This document shows positions 16,459 to 26,570 of a stretch of DNA of 31,592 nt, piece by piece; the first letter of the stretch is position 1; each line of letters starts with the position of its first letter. A model generated the notes under the pieces. That model worked only from the letters and a program-made list of their open reading frames with translations, was not told where the DNA came from and ran no database searches. The position numbers and the translations under genes were made by a program. Origin of the DNA: Clostridia bacterium (GTDB taxonomy: Bacteria > Bacillota > Clostridia > Oscillospirales > CAG-272); NCBI GenBank assembly GCA_017960705.1, contig JAGCYR010000173.1, positions 1 through 31,592 on the forward strand. Reading direction: 5' to 3'.

Positions 16459-17207
16459 TCCGCGCCGACCTGTATCTCGTAAAGGAAGGGCTAGTCTCCG
16501 GGCGCGACGCCGCGAAACGGCTGATCGCCGACGGCAGCGTATTGATCGACGGAAAGACGGTCTCGCGCCCCTCCGCACAGGTGGACGAGACGACCCCGCA
16601 CAAGGTCGAGCTCCCCGAAAAGGGATACGCCAGCCGCGGCGGGCTGAAGCTTGAAGGAGCCCTCGACGCGTCGGGGTTATCCCCGGCGGGGCTGGTCGCG
16701 CTCGATATCGGCGCTTCGGGCGGCGGTTTCACCGATTGTTTGCTCCGGCGCGGCGCCGTTTCGGTCTACGCGCTCGACAACGGGCACGGACAGCTTGCCG
16801 AATTTTTGCGGAAAGATCCCCGCGTGACCGTGATGGAGGGCTATAACGCCCGCGATCTCAAACGCGCGGATTTCCCGATCCCTCCGCGCTTTATCACGAT
16901 GGACGTTTCGTTCATCTCGCAGACGCTGATCCTGCCGTCGCTTGCCGCGATGCTCGATCCCGGTGCGATCCTCGTTTCGCTCGTCAAACCCCAATTCGAG
17001 GTCGGACGGGCGGGGGTCGGACGGGGCGGCATCGTCAAGGATCCGGCGCTCAGGCAGAAAGCGAAGGAGAACGTGATCTCGTTCGCCGCCACCCTCGGTT
17101 TTACCTTCCTCGGCTCCCGCGTCTCGCCCATCCTCGGCGGCGACGGGAACGAGGAATATCTCGTATGGTTCTCGTTCGACGGGAACGGAAAGGACGAAGG
17201 AAAATGA
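16455..17207 (+). CDS. tlyA: TlyA-family rRNA (cytidine-2'-O)-methyltransferase with S4 domain
   Basis: RADLYLVKEGL..R, YASRGGLKL, DIGASGGGFTD, MDVSFIS, LVKPQFE, GGDGNEEY. Confidence 0.93.
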   Translation: MIRADLYLVKEGLVSGRDAAKRLIADGSVLIDGKTVSRPSAQVDETTPHKVELPEKGYASRGGLKLEGALDASGLSPAGLVALDIGASGGGFTDCLLRRGAVSVYALDNGHGQLAEFLRKDPRVTVMEGYNARDLKRADFPIPPRFITMDVSFISQTLILPSLAAMLDPGAILVSLVKPQFEVGRAGVGRGGIVKDPALRQKAKENVISFAATLGFTFLGSRVSPILGGDGNEEYLVWFSFDGNGKDEGK

Positions 17208-18082
17208 AAGCCATCGGCTCGATCCTTTTGCGCCCCAACGCCAAGAAGGACGACGGTTTCGCCGTATCGTGCAAGACCGCCCGTTATCTGATCTCCCGCG
17301 GCGCCGCGGTAACCGTGCCCGACGCGCTTCTCCCCGCGTTTGCGGGGACCGGCGTAACGGGGGAGAAAACGGGTCCCGCGCCCGACCTGATCCTCGCGCT
17401 CGGCGGGGACGGAACGGTGCTCGCCGCGTCTCAGGACGCGATCGCGCGCGACGTGCCGCTGCTCGGGATCAATATGGGGCGGCTCGGGTTTTTGGCGGAG
17501 CTTGAGACCGATCAGCTCGCGCGGCTCGAAGCCCTGTTCACGGGCGACTATACCGTTTCGCGCCGGATGACCCTTTCGGTGACGGCTGACCTCGGGGAAG
17601 GGGAGTTCGAGCTTCCCGGCTGTCCCTTGAACGACGTGGTCTTCTCGCACGACCGCGGCGACGGGCTCGCCCTGCTCTCGCTTTCCGATCAGGCGGGGAA
17701 CGTCATCGATTACCACGCCGACGGGCTGATCCTTGCGACCCCGTCGGGATCGACCGCCTATACGCTCTCGGCGGGCGGACCCGTGATCGACGACGCAATG
17801 GACGCGATCTGCGTGACCCCCGTCTGCCCTCATTCGTTCTTCAACCGCTCGGTCATCTTCGGCTCCGACGCGGTTTTGACGGTCGAGAACCGTTCTCCCC
17901 TCGGGCGCGACGCGACGGTCTCGCTCGACGGGAAGGAGCCGCTGCGCGTACCGTTCGGCGGCGTCGTCACCGTCAAACGCTCGGATCACCCTCTGAAAAT
18001 GCTCTCGCTCGACCGCCACGCCGTCCTCTCCACGCTCAACCGCAAGATGCAGATGGCGGATATGAAGTACCGCAACGAGTAA
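17204..18082 (+). CDS. nadK: NAD kinase
   Basis: LGGDGTVL, GINMGRLGFL, LNDVV, DGLILATPSGSTAYTLSAGGP. ATGA overlap with tlyA. Confidence 0.95.
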   Translation: MKAIGSILLRPNAKKDDGFAVSCKTARYLISRGAAVTVPDALLPAFAGTGVTGEKTGPAPDLILALGGDGTVLAASQDAIARDVPLLGINMGRLGFLAELETDQLARLEALFTGDYTVSRRMTLSVTADLGEGEFELPGCPLNDVVFSHDRGDGLALLSLSDQAGNVIDYHADGLILATPSGSTAYTLSAGGPVIDDAMDAICVTPVCPHSFFNRSVIFGSDAVLTVENRSPLGRDATVSLDGKEPLRVPFGGVVTVKRSDHPLKMLSLDRHAVLSTLNRKMQMADMKYRNE

Positions 18083-18135
18083 ACCCCGTCGGAAGACGAT
18101 AAAAAACGCGATAGATGGAAATAGGAGGATACGAA

Positions 18136-18588
18136 ATGAAAAAGAAAAGACAAGCCGCGATCCTGGAACTCGTCGAGAAGTTCGACATCGACACGCAGGA
18201 GGCGATGCTCGCCCGTCTGAAAGAGGAGGGCTTCACCGTCACGCAGGCGACCGTTTCCCGCGACATCCGCGAACTCAAGCTGGTCAAAGAGAGCGGAAAG
18301 GACGGGAAGGTCCGCTACGCCCTGACCACCAAGCGCGACGCGCAGTCGCCCAAGTTCAACAGCGCCCTGACCGAATCCATCGTCCGGGTGGATTACGCCG
18401 GGAACCTTGTCGTCGTCAAGACCTATCCGGGGCTTGCCAACGCCGTCGCTACCTGCATCGACTCGGTGCGCCTGCCCGAGATCATCGGATGCGTGGCGGG
18501 TGACGACGCGATCCTCGTCGTCGTGCGGAGCGAGGCGGACGCCGCGTCCATCTCGGAGAGCTTCCGCACCATGATCCGGACCATCTGA
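18136..18588 (+). CDS. argR: Arginine repressor
   Basis: TQATVSRDIREL, LVVVKTYPGLA, GCVAGDD. AGGAGG RBS before ATG at 18136. Confidence 0.95.
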   Translation: MKKKRQAAILELVEKFDIDTQEAMLARLKEEGFTVTQATVSRDIRELKLVKESGKDGKVRYALTTKRDAQSPKFNSALTESIVRVDYAGNLVVVKTYPGLANAVATCIDSVRLPEIIGCVAGDDAILVVVRSEADAASISESFRTMIRTI

Positions 18589-18640
18589 CCCTCCCCGCGG
18601 GAGACCGTCCCGCATCGTTCTTCGGAAAGGAAGACAACGG

Positions 18641-20332
18641 ATGCTTTTATCGCTTTATATTGAGAATATCGCGGTCATCCGCCGCCTCTCGGTCGATTTC
18701 TCGTCGGGCTTCACCTCTCTGACGGGAGAGACCGGGGCGGGAAAATCGGTGATCCTCGAGAGCGTCAAGCTCCTCCTCGGCGGCAAGGCGGACAGGGAAC
18801 TGATCCGCTACGGCGAGGAGTCCGCCGCTGTTTCGGCGGTCTTCGGCTCGCTCGGCGCCGCCGCGGAAAACGCGCTCGCCACATCGGGGGTCGATCTTGA
18901 CGAGGACGGCAGCGTGCAGATCCGCCGCACCGTATCGAACGACGGCAAGAGCCGCGCCTGGATCAACGGACAGCCGGTCTCGCTCTCGCTGCTCCGCGAC
19001 GTCGGGCGGTATCTCGTCGACCTGCACGGGCAGAACGAGAACCTGACGCTGCTCGACGAGAAGACATACGTCGCCACCCTCGACGGCTACGCCTCTTTAC
19101 AGCCGAAGGTCGCCGGGTACCGCGAGGTCTATACGAAACTCGAAGAAGTGCGCCGCCGGCTCTCGGAACTCGACCGGGGGGAGGCGGAGCGTCTCCGCAC
19201 CGTCGAGATGCTGCGCTATCAGATCGCGGATATCGACGCGGTCGATCCCAAACCGGGAGAGGACGTAGCACTGGAAGAAAAAGAGAAGAAGATCAAGAAC
19301 CGCGAAAAGATCCTGCGCCAGACTTCTTTCGTCTACCGCGCCCTGAAGGGGGCGGAGCGGGGAAGCGTCCTGTTCCTGCTTGAAAAGAGCGTGCAGGCGC
19401 TCGAACCCTTGTCCGACCTCGTCCCGGAGCTTGCTCCCATCACGGAGGAGCTGTCGGACTGCCGCTACCGGATCGAGGACGCGGCGGAGCGCGTGTACGA
19501 CCTGACCGACGCGGACGACGGCGATCCCACCGCCCTGATCGACAAGATCGAGGGGCGGCTGGACGCGTTCTCCAAACTGAAAAAGAAATACGGCGGCACG
19601 ATCGACGAGGTCATCCGTTTCCGCGAGGAAGCGAAGAAGAAACTCGCTGACCTCGACGCCTCCGACGATACCGTGATCGAACTCCGTGAGAGCGAAAAAA
19701 CGCTCTCCGCCGAGGCAAGACGGCTGGCGCTGTCTCTTCATAAGGAACGCGCCGCCGCCGCGAAGGAACTGGAGAAGAAGATCACCGAGATCCTGCTCTA
19801 CCTCGATATGCCGAAGGTCGTCTTCCGCGTCGAGGTCCGCGACCGCGGGGAGGCGGGGCTGAAAGCCGACGGGTGCGACGACGTCCTGTTCGTCATGAGC
19901 GCGAACGCCGGGGACGAACCTCGTCCGCTCTCTCTCGTCGCCTCCGGCGGCGAGTTGGCGCGTACCTTCCTCGCCCTGAAGTGCGTCCTCTCGGAGAGGG
20001 CGCTCACCCCGACCATGATCTTCGACGAGATCGACACGGGGGTCTCGGGCAAAACGGCGCGCAAGATCGGCTACAAACTATCCGAACTTTCGAAGGGAAC
20101 GCAGGTCTTCGCCGTCACCCATTCGGCGCAGATCGCCTCCCTTGCGGATACGCATCTCCTGATCTATAAGGAGGAAAAAGACGGGAAGACCGAAACGGGG
20201 CTCAGAACCCTCGACCGCGAGGGACGGCTCGACGAACTGTCGCGCATCCTCGGCGGTCTGACCGTCACCGAATCCCAGCGCAACGCCGCGCGGGATATGC
20301 TGGAACGAAAAGAGACCGAGCCCAATCGGTGA
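18641..20332 (+). CDS. recN: DNA repair protein RecN
   Basis: LTGETGAGKS, HGQNE, ASGGELAR, IFDEIDTGVSG, VTHSAQIA, ELSRILGG. Confidence 0.96.
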   Translation: MLLSLYIENIAVIRRLSVDFSSGFTSLTGETGAGKSVILESVKLLLGGKADRELIRYGEESAAVSAVFGSLGAAAENALATSGVDLDEDGSVQIRRTVSNDGKSRAWINGQPVSLSLLRDVGRYLVDLHGQNENLTLLDEKTYVATLDGYASLQPKVAGYREVYTKLEEVRRRLSELDRGEAERLRTVEMLRYQIADIDAVDPKPGEDVALEEKEKKIKNREKILRQTSFVYRALKGAERGSVLFLLEKSVQALEPLSDLVPELAPITEELSDCRYRIEDAAERVYDLTDADDGDPTALIDKIEGRLDAFSKLKKKYGGTIDEVIRFREEAKKKLADLDASDDTVIELRESEKTLSAEARRLALSLHKERAAAAKELEKKITEILLYLDMPKVVFRVEVRDRGEAGLKADGCDDVLFVMSANAGDEPRPLSLVASGGELARTFLALKCVLSERALTPTMIFDEIDTGVSGKTARKIGYKLSELSKGTQVFAVTHSAQIASLADTHLLIYKEEKDGKTETGLRTLDREGRLDELSRILGGLTVTESQRNAARDMLERKETEPNR

Positions 20333-20340
20333 GTTCTGCC

Positions 20341-20399
20341 GGATACCTCCGCCGAATAGAATGAAACAGAAGTTCTGTTCATTCCGACGGAGGTATTCC
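20341..20399 (+). promoter_or_regulatory. Hairpin sequestering the murB Shine-Dalgarno
   Basis: ATACCTCCG(20343-20351) pairs with CGGAGGTAT(20388-20396). Inner GAATGAAACAGAA/TTCTGTTCATTC stem. Confidence 0.7.
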
Positions 20400-20400
20400 A

Positions 20401-21324
20401 ATGAATCGGGAAATCACAGCGGCGATCTCGTCCTGTCTTCTTGACGAACCCTGCCTGACCGTGCGCAAAAACGTCCCGCTCTCCCGTCTGACGAGTATGG
20501 GGGTCGGGGGGAACGCCGATTGCGTTCTTTCTCCGCGCGACGGCGGGTGTATGATCCGTTTGCTTGACCGGCTCCGCCTGTCTTCCGCGCCTTTCCGCGT
20601 GATTGGAAACGGCACCAACCTGATCGCTCCCGACGAGGGCTATCCCGGTATCCTCGTGCAGACGGCGGGGATCGACCGGATCTCGGTCACGGGAAACGTG
20701 CTGGTCGCGGGCGCCGGGGTTCCGCTCGGACGGGCGCTCCGCCGCGCGATGGAGGCGGGGCTATCCGGGCTGGAGGAGCTCTTCGGCATCCCCGGAACGG
20801 TCGGCGGAGCTCTCTATATGAACGCCGGCGCCTACGGGCGTGCCGTTTCCGATTGTCTCCGCTACGCGACGGTCTACCATCCCGCGTCGGGCGAGGTCAC
20901 GGTCAGGACGCCGGGCTCGCTCGTCTTCGGCTACCGGACGGGTTCGATCCGGGAGGAGGGGATGATCGTTCTCTCCGCCGCCTTCGATCTTTCACCCTCC
21001 GACCCCGCGACGGTCGCGGGGAAGATGAACGAAATACTCGAAACAAGAAACGCCGCCCAGCCCACGGGTCTGAAAAGCGCCGGCTCGTTCTTCCGCCGTC
21101 CCGCCCCCGATATCCCGGCGGGAAAATTGATCGCGGAGGCGGGCTGCGCGGGGCTGACCGAGGGGGGCGCCGCCGTCTCGACCCTGCACGCCGGGTTTAT
21201 CGTCAATACCCGCGGAGCTACCGAGCGCGACGTCCGACGGCTCGCGGAGCGGGTGCGGGATATAGTAAAGGAAAAGACCGGCTTCGTTCTGGAGCCGGAG
21301 GTCGAATATCTCTCCGATCTGTAA
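20401..21324 (+). CDS. murB: UDP-N-acetylenolpyruvoylglucosamine reductase
   Basis: GNGTNL, GIPGTVGGALYMNAGAYG, QP...SAGSFFRRP, HAGFIVN, LEPEV. Confidence 0.95.
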   Translation: MNREITAAISSCLLDEPCLTVRKNVPLSRLTSMGVGGNADCVLSPRDGGCMIRLLDRLRLSSAPFRVIGNGTNLIAPDEGYPGILVQTAGIDRISVTGNVLVAGAGVPLGRALRRAMEAGLSGLEELFGIPGTVGGALYMNAGAYGRAVSDCLRYATVYHPASGEVTVRTPGSLVFGYRTGSIREEGMIVLSAAFDLSPSDPATVAGKMNEILETRNAAQPTGLKSAGSFFRRPAPDIPAGKLIAEAGCAGLTEGGAAVSTLHAGFIVNTRGATERDVRRLAERVRDIVKEKTGFVLEPEVEYLSDL

Positions 21325-21370
21325 GGCGGATCGGGAAAACGGGATTGAAAAAGGGAAGGAGGGGAAAGAT

Positions 21371-22273
21371 ATGTCGTTTTCGGGCGATTTCCGGCACTCG
21401 CTGCTTGAAGGGCGGGCGAAGGGCAAATGCTGCCGCGCCGCCTTCGTTTCGGGATATCTCACCGGGGCGGGTACGCTTTGTGACGGCGCCGTCCGTATGA
21501 ACTACGTCGATCCCGAAGCCGCTGCCGTCCTCTCCGAATATCTTCCCGCCTTCGACCGCGCCGCGACCCTCACCGCCGAAGGGGAGCGCCGCGTGAAGAT
21601 CATGACCGTCACCGGACGCGCCGCCGTTGACCTTGCGTCCGACCCCGCGCCCGCGTTCCCCGAGTTCCGGTGCAACCTCTGCAAGGCGAACTACCTTGCG
21701 GGTCTTTTCGCCTCCTGCGGGCGGGTGTCCGACCCCGCGCGGGAATGGAGGCTGGAGTTCTCCTGCGGCGACCACCGCGAACGGCTTCTGTCGGTATTTT
21801 CGCGCCTCGGTTTCGACGCCAAAACGACCGATCGGCGGGACGAGCGGCTGCTCTACCTCCGCTCCTCGTCCGCGATCCTCGATTTCTTCGCCCTGACGGG
21901 GGAGAGCGACTTCTATTTCGGGCTGATGAACGGCTCGATCAAGCGCGAGATCCGCAACAGCGCCAACCGTCTCGCCAACTGCGAGGCGAACAATATCGCG
22001 AAAGCGATCTCGGCGTCGGACGAGCAGGTCAAGGCGATCAGATATCTTGAAAAACACAAACTGACGGGGGGACTCGATCCGACCCTGATCGCGTGCGCGC
22101 GGCTGCGGCTCGAAAACCCCGACAAGACCTTATCGCAGCTTGCGGCGATCGCCGTCCCCCCGGTCTCCCGGGCGGGGCTGAATCACCGTCTGCACCGTCT
22201 CTGCGAGATCGCGGAACAGCACCGCGAAAAGAACGAAGGACAAGCCAAAAAGGGAAAGGAGGCGGCAAAGTGA
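21371..22273 (+). CDS. whiA: DNA-binding protein WhiA
   Basis: CCRAAFVSG, GLFASCGRVSDP...RLEF, NRLANCEANN and VSRAGLNHRL match the WhiA LAGLIDADG-like and HTH domains. Confidence 0.92.
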   Translation: MSFSGDFRHSLLEGRAKGKCCRAAFVSGYLTGAGTLCDGAVRMNYVDPEAAAVLSEYLPAFDRAATLTAEGERRVKIMTVTGRAAVDLASDPAPAFPEFRCNLCKANYLAGLFASCGRVSDPAREWRLEFSCGDHRERLLSVFSRLGFDAKTTDRRDERLLYLRSSSAILDFFALTGESDFYFGLMNGSIKREIRNSANRLANCEANNIAKAISASDEQVKAIRYLEKHKLTGGLDPTLIACARLRLENPDKTLSQLAAIAVPPVSRAGLNHRLHRLCEIAEQHREKNEGQAKKGKEAAK

Positions 22274-25200
22274 GCCGGTTCGTTCATCTCCATCTGCACA
22301 GCGAATACAGTCTGCTCGACGGCGCCTGCCGCGTCCGGGATATCCCGCAGGCGGCGAAGGAGGCGGGGCATACCGCCGTCGCCCTGACCGACCACGGCGT
22401 GCTCTACGGCGCGGTCGCGTTCTACCGTGCGTGTAAGGACGCGGGGATCAAACCCATTATCGGATGCGAGGTCTACGTCGCGGAGCGCAGCCGCTTCAGC
22501 AAAGAGGGAAGATCCGACGCGTCGGGCAACCATCTGATCCTTCTCGTCGAGAACGAGAAAGGGTATAAAAACCTGATCTATCTGGTGTCCAAGAGCTTCA
22601 CCGAGGGCTTCTATTCCAAGCCACGGATCGACCTCGAACTGCTCCGCGCCCATCACGAGGGGCTGATCGCCCTGTCCGCTTGTATGGCGGGGGCGGTGCC
22701 GCGCGCGATCCTCGCGGGGGATATGGAGGGCGCCGTCCGCATCGCGCGCGAACTGAACGCGATCTTCGGGGCGGGGAACTTCTACCTTGAACTGCAGGAC
22801 CACCGGCTGCAGGACGATCAGATGGTCTGCCGCGGGCTCCGTACCGTTTCCGAGCGGACGGGGATCCCCATGGTCGCGACCAACGACGTGCATTATCTCC
22901 GCCGCGCCGACGCCGAAATGCAGCAGCTCCTGCTCTGCATCCAGACCGGGCGCACCGTCGCGGAGGGAAGACCGATCGGCTTTGAGACCGACGAGTTCTA
23001 CTACAAAACGACCGAGGAGATGGAACGGCTCTTCCCGGAGCTCCCCGACGCGCTCGAGAATACCGCCGCGATCGCCGACCGCTGCAGCTTCGACTTCACG
23101 TTCGGAAAATATACGCTCCCGAGTTTCCCGGAGACCGACGGGATCCCCCACGCCCGGGCGCTCCGCGACCTTGCCTTCCGCGGGCTTGACGAACGCGCCG
23201 CGCGCGGCGAGATCGACTTTGCGCTTCACCCGAGAGACGAGGATATCTCGCGTATCGAATACGAGCTTTCGGTCATCGACAAGATGGGGTTCAACGAATA
23301 CTACCTGATCGTCCGCGACTTCGTCACGTGGGCGAAGACCCACGGCGTTCCGGTGGGACCGGGGCGGGGTTCGGGCGCGGGGAGTCTCGTCGCCTACTGC
23401 GTCGGGATCACCGAGGTCGATTCGCTCCGCTTCAACCTTCTGTTTGAACGCTTCCTCAACCCCGAGCGTATCTCGATGCCCGATTTCGACGTCGATTTCA
23501 GCGACGAAAAGCGCGATCGGGTGATCGCCTACGTCAAGGAGAAATACGGAGAAGATCACGTCTCGCAGATCGTGACCTTCGGTACGCTCGCGCCCCGCGC
23601 GTCGGTCCGCGACGTGGGACGGGCGCTCGGGATGCCCTATTCCGACGTCGACCGGGTCGCCGGGAGGATCGGGCTGCAGGACGAGACCATCGACGGCGCC
23701 CTGAAACGCCCGGAACTGCGTGAAATGTACGACTCGTCGGAGGAGACCCGGCGCCTGATCGACACGGCGAAACGGGTCGAGGGGATGCCGCGGCACGCCT
23801 CCACCCACGCCGCCGGTATCGTCATTACCAAAGAGCCGGTCTCGGCTTACGTTCCCCTCGCCGTCAGCGGGGAGGCGACCGTGACCCAGTTCGATATGGA
23901 CACCGTCGCCCTGCTGGGTCTTGTCAAGTTCGACTTTCTCGGCATCCGCTACCTGTCGGTGATCGAGGAGACCGAAACGACGGTACGCAAGAAAGAGCCC
24001 GGATTCGACCTCGCGAAGATCGACCTCGACGATCCCGCGGTCTACCGGATGATCTCGGCGGGGCAGACCCTCGGCGTTTTCCAGCTCGAAAAGAACGGGA
24101 TGCGCCGGGTGCTCCGCCGGCTGAAACCCACCTGCTTCGAGGATCTGATCGCCGTCATCGCGCTCTACCGTCCGGGTCCTATAGACTCGATCGAGACCTT
24201 CGTCCGCCGCAAGCACGGGGAGGAGCCCATCACCTACGAGATCCCCGAACTGAAAGAGATCCTCGACGTCACCTACGGCTGCATCGTCTATCAGGAACAG
24301 GTGATGCAGATCTTCCGTTTGCTCGCCGACTATTCGCTCGCGCGTGCGGATCTGGTGCGCCGCGCCATCTCGAAAAAGAAGGCGGACGTGCTCGAAAAGG
24401 AGCGCAACGCGTTTCTCGAAGGGACCGCGCGGCACGGGATCGACCCCGAAAAGGCGACCGCGTTGTTCGACGAGATCGCTGCGTTCGCCGACTACGCCTT
24501 CAACCGGAACCACGCCGCCGCCTACGCGATGCTGGTCTACCGGACGGCGTACCTGAAAGTGCGCTATCCCCGCGAATATATGGCGGCTCTGATGTCGTCG
24601 GTGGTCGGCAGGACCGACAAGCTCGCCGAATACACCGCCGAATGCGCGCGTTCCGGGATCCGCGTGCTGCCCCCCGACGTCGGGTGCGGCGAGATCGGCT
24701 TCTCGGTCACGCGGGAGGGCATCCGCTTCGGGCTTCTCGCCGTGAAGGGGGTCGGGCGCCAGTTCCTCGAAATGGTGATCGCCGAACGCAACCGCCGTCA
24801 ATTCTCGGATTTCCCGGATCTGATCCGCCGTCTGTCGGGCAGGGAACTCAACCGCCGGCAGGTCGAGGCGCTCATCAAATGCGGCGCGCTCGATTTCTTC
24901 GGGGAGACCCGGCGCACCCTGATCGAGGCGTGCGAATCCCTGATCGCCGCAGAACAGACCAAGGCGCGTTCCGCCGTGTCCGGGCAGATGGATTTCTTCT
25001 CGCTCGGCGGGGAGGACGTCGCCCCCAAGACCGATTATCCCCGGCTCCCCGAATACGACCGGCGGGAGCTGATCGCGTTTGAACGCGACGCCATCGGCAC
25101 GTCGTTTTCGGGCAACCCGCTCGACGATTACGCCGACGACGAGAAGAACACGCCCCACACCCCGCTCTCGGAGCTCCGCCGTTCCCCCGACGAGGAGGAC

Positions 25201-25722
25201 GAGCCCGAGGACGTTCCGGCTGGAGGGGAAAAAGAGACCGTTTCGGTCCTCGGCGTGGTTTCGACCCTGACCGAAAAGGACACCAAAAACGGCGACCGGA
25301 TGGCGTTCCTCACGCTCGCCGACCGGACGGGCGAGATCGAAGTGATCGTTTTCCCGAAGCTGTTCCGCCGCGTCTCTTCGTATCTGCGTCCCGAATCGGG
25401 GATCGCGGTCACGGGAGAGGTCGACCTGAAGGAGGGCGCGAACGCCAAGATCCTCGCGCAGTCGATCCGACCGCTGAGAAAGAACGGCGAGGAGGACAAG
25501 CAGGGAAGAACGCTTTATCTGCGCGTCCCGTCGCTTGATTCCCCCGAGGCGAAGCGGGCGGTCTCGGAGATCGAAAACGAGCCCGGCGAGATCCGCGTCG
25601 TTTTCTACGATCTCACGAAAAAGACCTACGCGAACTACACGGCGCACGGCGCGTCGGGCAGTCCGGGGCAGCTCGCGCGGCTGACCGGGGCGCTCGGAGA
25701 GGGTTCCGTGGTTTTGCGGTAA
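22270..25722 (+). CDS. dnaE: DNA polymerase III alpha subunit DnaE
   Basis: GTG start overlapping the whiA stop. PHP HLHLHSEYSLLDG and NDVHY, GRGSGAGS, PDFDVDF, KFDFLG, OB domain. Confidence 0.96.
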   Translation: MSRFVHLHLHSEYSLLDGACRVRDIPQAAKEAGHTAVALTDHGVLYGAVAFYRACKDAGIKPIIGCEVYVAERSRFSKEGRSDASGNHLILLVENEKGYKNLIYLVSKSFTEGFYSKPRIDLELLRAHHEGLIALSACMAGAVPRAILAGDMEGAVRIARELNAIFGAGNFYLELQDHRLQDDQMVCRGLRTVSERTGIPMVATNDVHYLRRADAEMQQLLLCIQTGRTVAEGRPIGFETDEFYYKTTEEMERLFPELPDALENTAAIADRCSFDFTFGKYTLPSFPETDGIPHARALRDLAFRGLDERAARGEIDFALHPRDEDISRIEYELSVIDKMGFNEYYLIVRDFVTWAKTHGVPVGPGRGSGAGSLVAYCVGITEVDSLRFNLLFERFLNPERISMPDFDVDFSDEKRDRVIAYVKEKYGEDHVSQIVTFGTLAPRASVRDVGRALGMPYSDVDRVAGRIGLQDETIDGALKRPELREMYDSSEETRRLIDTAKRVEGMPRHASTHAAGIVITKEPVSAYVPLAVSGEATVTQFDMDTVALLGLVKFDFLGIRYLSVIEETETTVRKKEPGFDLAKIDLDDPAVYRMISAGQTLGVFQLEKNGMRRVLRRLKPTCFEDLIAVIALYRPGPIDSIETFVRRKHGEEPITYEIPELKEILDVTYGCIVYQEQVMQIFRLLADYSLARADLVRRAISKKKADVLEKERNAFLEGTARHGIDPEKATALFDEIAAFADYAFNRNHAAAYAMLVYRTAYLKVRYPREYMAALMSSVVGRTDKLAEYTAECARSGIRVLPPDVGCGEIGFSVTREGIRFGLLAVKGVGRQFLEMVIAERNRRQFSDFPDLIRRLSGRELNRRQVEALIKCGALDFFGETRRTLIEACESLIAAEQTKARSAVSGQMDFFSLGGEDVAPKTDYPRLPEYDRRELIAFERDAIGTSFSGNPLDDYADDEKNTPHTPLSELRRSPDEEDEPEDVPAGGEKETVSVLGVVSTLTEKDTKNGDRMAFLTLADRTGEIEVIVFPKLFRRVSSYLRPESGIAVTGEVDLKEGANAKILAQSIRPLRKNGEEDKQGRTLYLRVPSLDSPEAKRAVSEIENEPGEIRVVFYDLTKKTYANYTAHGASGSPGQLARLTGALGEGSVVLR

Positions 25723-25737
25723 GCGCGCCGTTTCTCC

Positions 25738-25766
25738 TTGACAATACCAAACGCGCGTGATATACT
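25738..25766 (+). promoter_or_regulatory. sigmaA extended -10 promoter
   Basis: TTGACA-17 nt-TATACT with TGn. Confidence 0.85.
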
Positions 25767-25833
25767 ATACGGTGCCGGAATCCGGGGAAAACGACCGCCC
25801 GTCCGGTTTTTCACGCGAAGAAAGGAAAAAACA

Positions 25834-26529
25834 ATGGTTCTCTGTAACGTCACACCCGACGTGGTGCTGATCCTCGGTCTGTTCCTCGGGCTCGTGCTCG
25901 GGTTCAAGCTTGGCTTCGTCCGCGTCCTTTTCTCGGGATTCTTCAAACGCATCATCGCCCTGATCTGCGCGATCCTGCTCTCCAAGCCCATCGGGCGGCT
26001 GATCGGCGAACGCTTCTTCTACGGCGGGGTCGCCGACTGGATCGAAAAGACGCTGACCAAGGCGCTCGGTGAGAATACCGGCGCGGCGTCGGGGGATACT
26101 CTCTACGAAAATCTCCCGCGCGTGGTGCGCTGGATCGTCGACCTGCTCCATCTCGAAGTGTCCGCCGAGGGGACCATCCGCGAGATCTCCGAGAAGATCG
26201 CCTCTCCCGTCGCCAACGTCATCGGGGTCGTGATCGCGGTCATCCTTCTCTATATCCTGTTCCGGATCGCCTTCGGGCTGTTCCGCGCCATCCTCAACAA
26301 GATCATGAACCTGCCGGTGCTGGTGATCTTCAACAAGATCCTCGGCGTGATCTTCGGCTTCACCTTCGCGGTCCTCTTCCTGTGGCTGATCCTCTCGATC
26401 TACGCCGCGATCGGGGCGCGCTACGCGGGCGATCCCGGCTTCTTTGCAGACTTCGACCTTGAGAAGACGCTCGCCGCCAAATATCTCTCCGGCACGCGTC
26501 CGCTCGATTTCGTGTTCTCCATTAAGTAA
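25834..26529 (+). CDS. CvpA-family membrane protein
   Basis: D..LILGLFLGLVLGFKLGFV N-terminus and NKILGVIFG motif. AAAGGA RBS before ATG at 25834. Confidence 0.7.
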   Translation: MVLCNVTPDVVLILGLFLGLVLGFKLGFVRVLFSGFFKRIIALICAILLSKPIGRLIGERFFYGGVADWIEKTLTKALGENTGAASGDTLYENLPRVVRWIVDLLHLEVSAEGTIREISEKIASPVANVIGVVIAVILLYILFRIAFGLFRAILNKIMNLPVLVIFNKILGVIFGFTFAVLFLWLILSIYAAIGARYAGDPGFFADFDLEKTLAAKYLSGTRPLDFVFSIK

Positions 26530-26570
26530 AGAGACGGGAGAACTTATCAAGAGAAAGTACGGGTAATCCA

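Noticed and set aside
18083-18135. ARG box upstream of argR
   Set aside because: No sequence resembling the TGAAT-N4-ATTCA / TGCAT-type palindrome was found.
22183-25647. Very long antisense ORFs (1154 aa opposite dnaE; also 7327-9459, 4748-6079, 26547-28334 and many shorter ones)
   Set aside because: Shadow frames produced by GC-rich codon bias on the real strand; no recognisable motifs, RBS or promoters.
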